Positions 63,672-64,000 of a DNA stretch of 64,000 nt are shown one piece after another (within the stretch, counting starts at the first letter, position 1; each line of letters opens with the position of its first letter). The notes under the pieces are model-generated. The model ran no database searches. It was not told where the DNA came from and worked only from the letters and a program-made list of their open reading frames with translations. Source of the stretch: an uncultured Methanosarcinales archaeon (GTDB lineage Archaea; Nanobdellota; Nanobdellia; Woesearchaeales; GW2011-AR9); the NCBI GenBank assembly GCA_964510085.1, contig CAZEAB010000003.1, forward strand, positions 18,276 through 82,275, in the 5' to 3' direction. Made by a program: the position numbers and the translations under genes.

Positions 63672-64000
63672 TTAAGAAAAACCACTTGAACCAACTGTTT
63701 GTAAAATATTCTTTATTTCATTGATTACTTTTTGTTGACTATTTTTATCCGACATTCTAACAAATTTTAATAATAACTGGGTGAGTTCTTTTTCATCTAA
63801 ACATTTTAGAACAAAACCATTAGTTATAAAGTAAAATCTAAAATTTTCATATTTTAACTCTTTTATGACAATTCCTTTAACAGAACCTAATGTTTTTCCT
63901 TTGTGAGGATTATCTTTAAGACCATACATTGCTCGGAAAATATCTTTAGATTTTTGTTTGAATTTTTTAAGAATCTCGTTTTTTAAATCTTCAAGAATGA
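63672..64000 (-). CDS. RelE/ParE-superfamily (HigB/Gp49-like) toxin-like protein, 5' end outside window
   Basis: Frame stays open to nt 64000. '..NPHKGKTLGSVKGIVIKELKYENFRFYFI' and 'DKNSQQKVINEIKN' fit the Gp49/HigB pattern. Confidence 0.45.
   Translation of the reverse strand, partial: ILEDLKNEILKKFKQKSKDIFRAMYGLKDNPHKGKTLGSVKGIVIKELKYENFRFYFITNGFVLKCLDEKELTQLLLKFVRMSDKNSQQKVINEIKNILQTVGSSGFS

Overview
AT-rich, very gene-dense archaeal chromosome segment. It best fits a small-genome DPANN-type archaeon. All assignments come from motif recognition in the supplied translations and from reading the DNA; no database search was run. Archaeal information-processing genes dominate: PAN, proteasome alpha, exosome Rrp4/Rrp41/Rrp42, RpoK, FEN1, RFC large subunit, EndA, Trm5, Pop5, SBDS, aIF2-alpha, Nop10, L44e/S27e/S15, Pth2, XPD, ValRS, GlyRS and CysRS. 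There is also a minimal sugar-phosphate set (class II FBA, RpiB, Rpe, split transketolase, PfkB kinase, GLYK-type glycerate kinase, 2-hydroxyacid dehydrogenase) and many Cys-rich secreted or membrane proteins. Genes are often joined by ATGA/TAATG start-stop overlaps. Many promoters show a TTTATATA-type TATA box about 22-27 nt before the ATG, which implies leaderless mRNAs. No rRNA, canonical tRNA or CRISPR array was seen. Main findings: (1) The only visible cysS is cut into two ORFs, in different frames, by a free-standing NUMOD3 + PD-(D/E)XK homing-endonuclease-like ORF. The cut lies just before the GxPGWHxECS zinc-site motif. All three ORFs overlap, giving a 'gene in pieces' aaRS. (2) Three GC-rich structured elements sit immediately 3' of stop codons (2917-3004, 8108-8205, 43660-43778). 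They share sequence blocks and covarying helices, so they look like an unclassified RNA family. (3) A stand-alone roughly 110-nt GC-rich RNA gene at 61150-61262 has its own TATA box and oligo-T terminator. (4) An extracytoplasmic thiol-disulfide island runs TlpA-like, CcdA, DUF3179, VKOR-Trx, second CcdA-like. (5) Smaller items include a decayed VapBC inside the exosome/proteasome superoperon, a histone-H1-like protein built from 54-nt repeats, a PP-loop-less ThiI fragment coupled to cysS, a Cys-free Nop10, a C/D-box sRNA candidate, and a three-way-junction leader before rps15.
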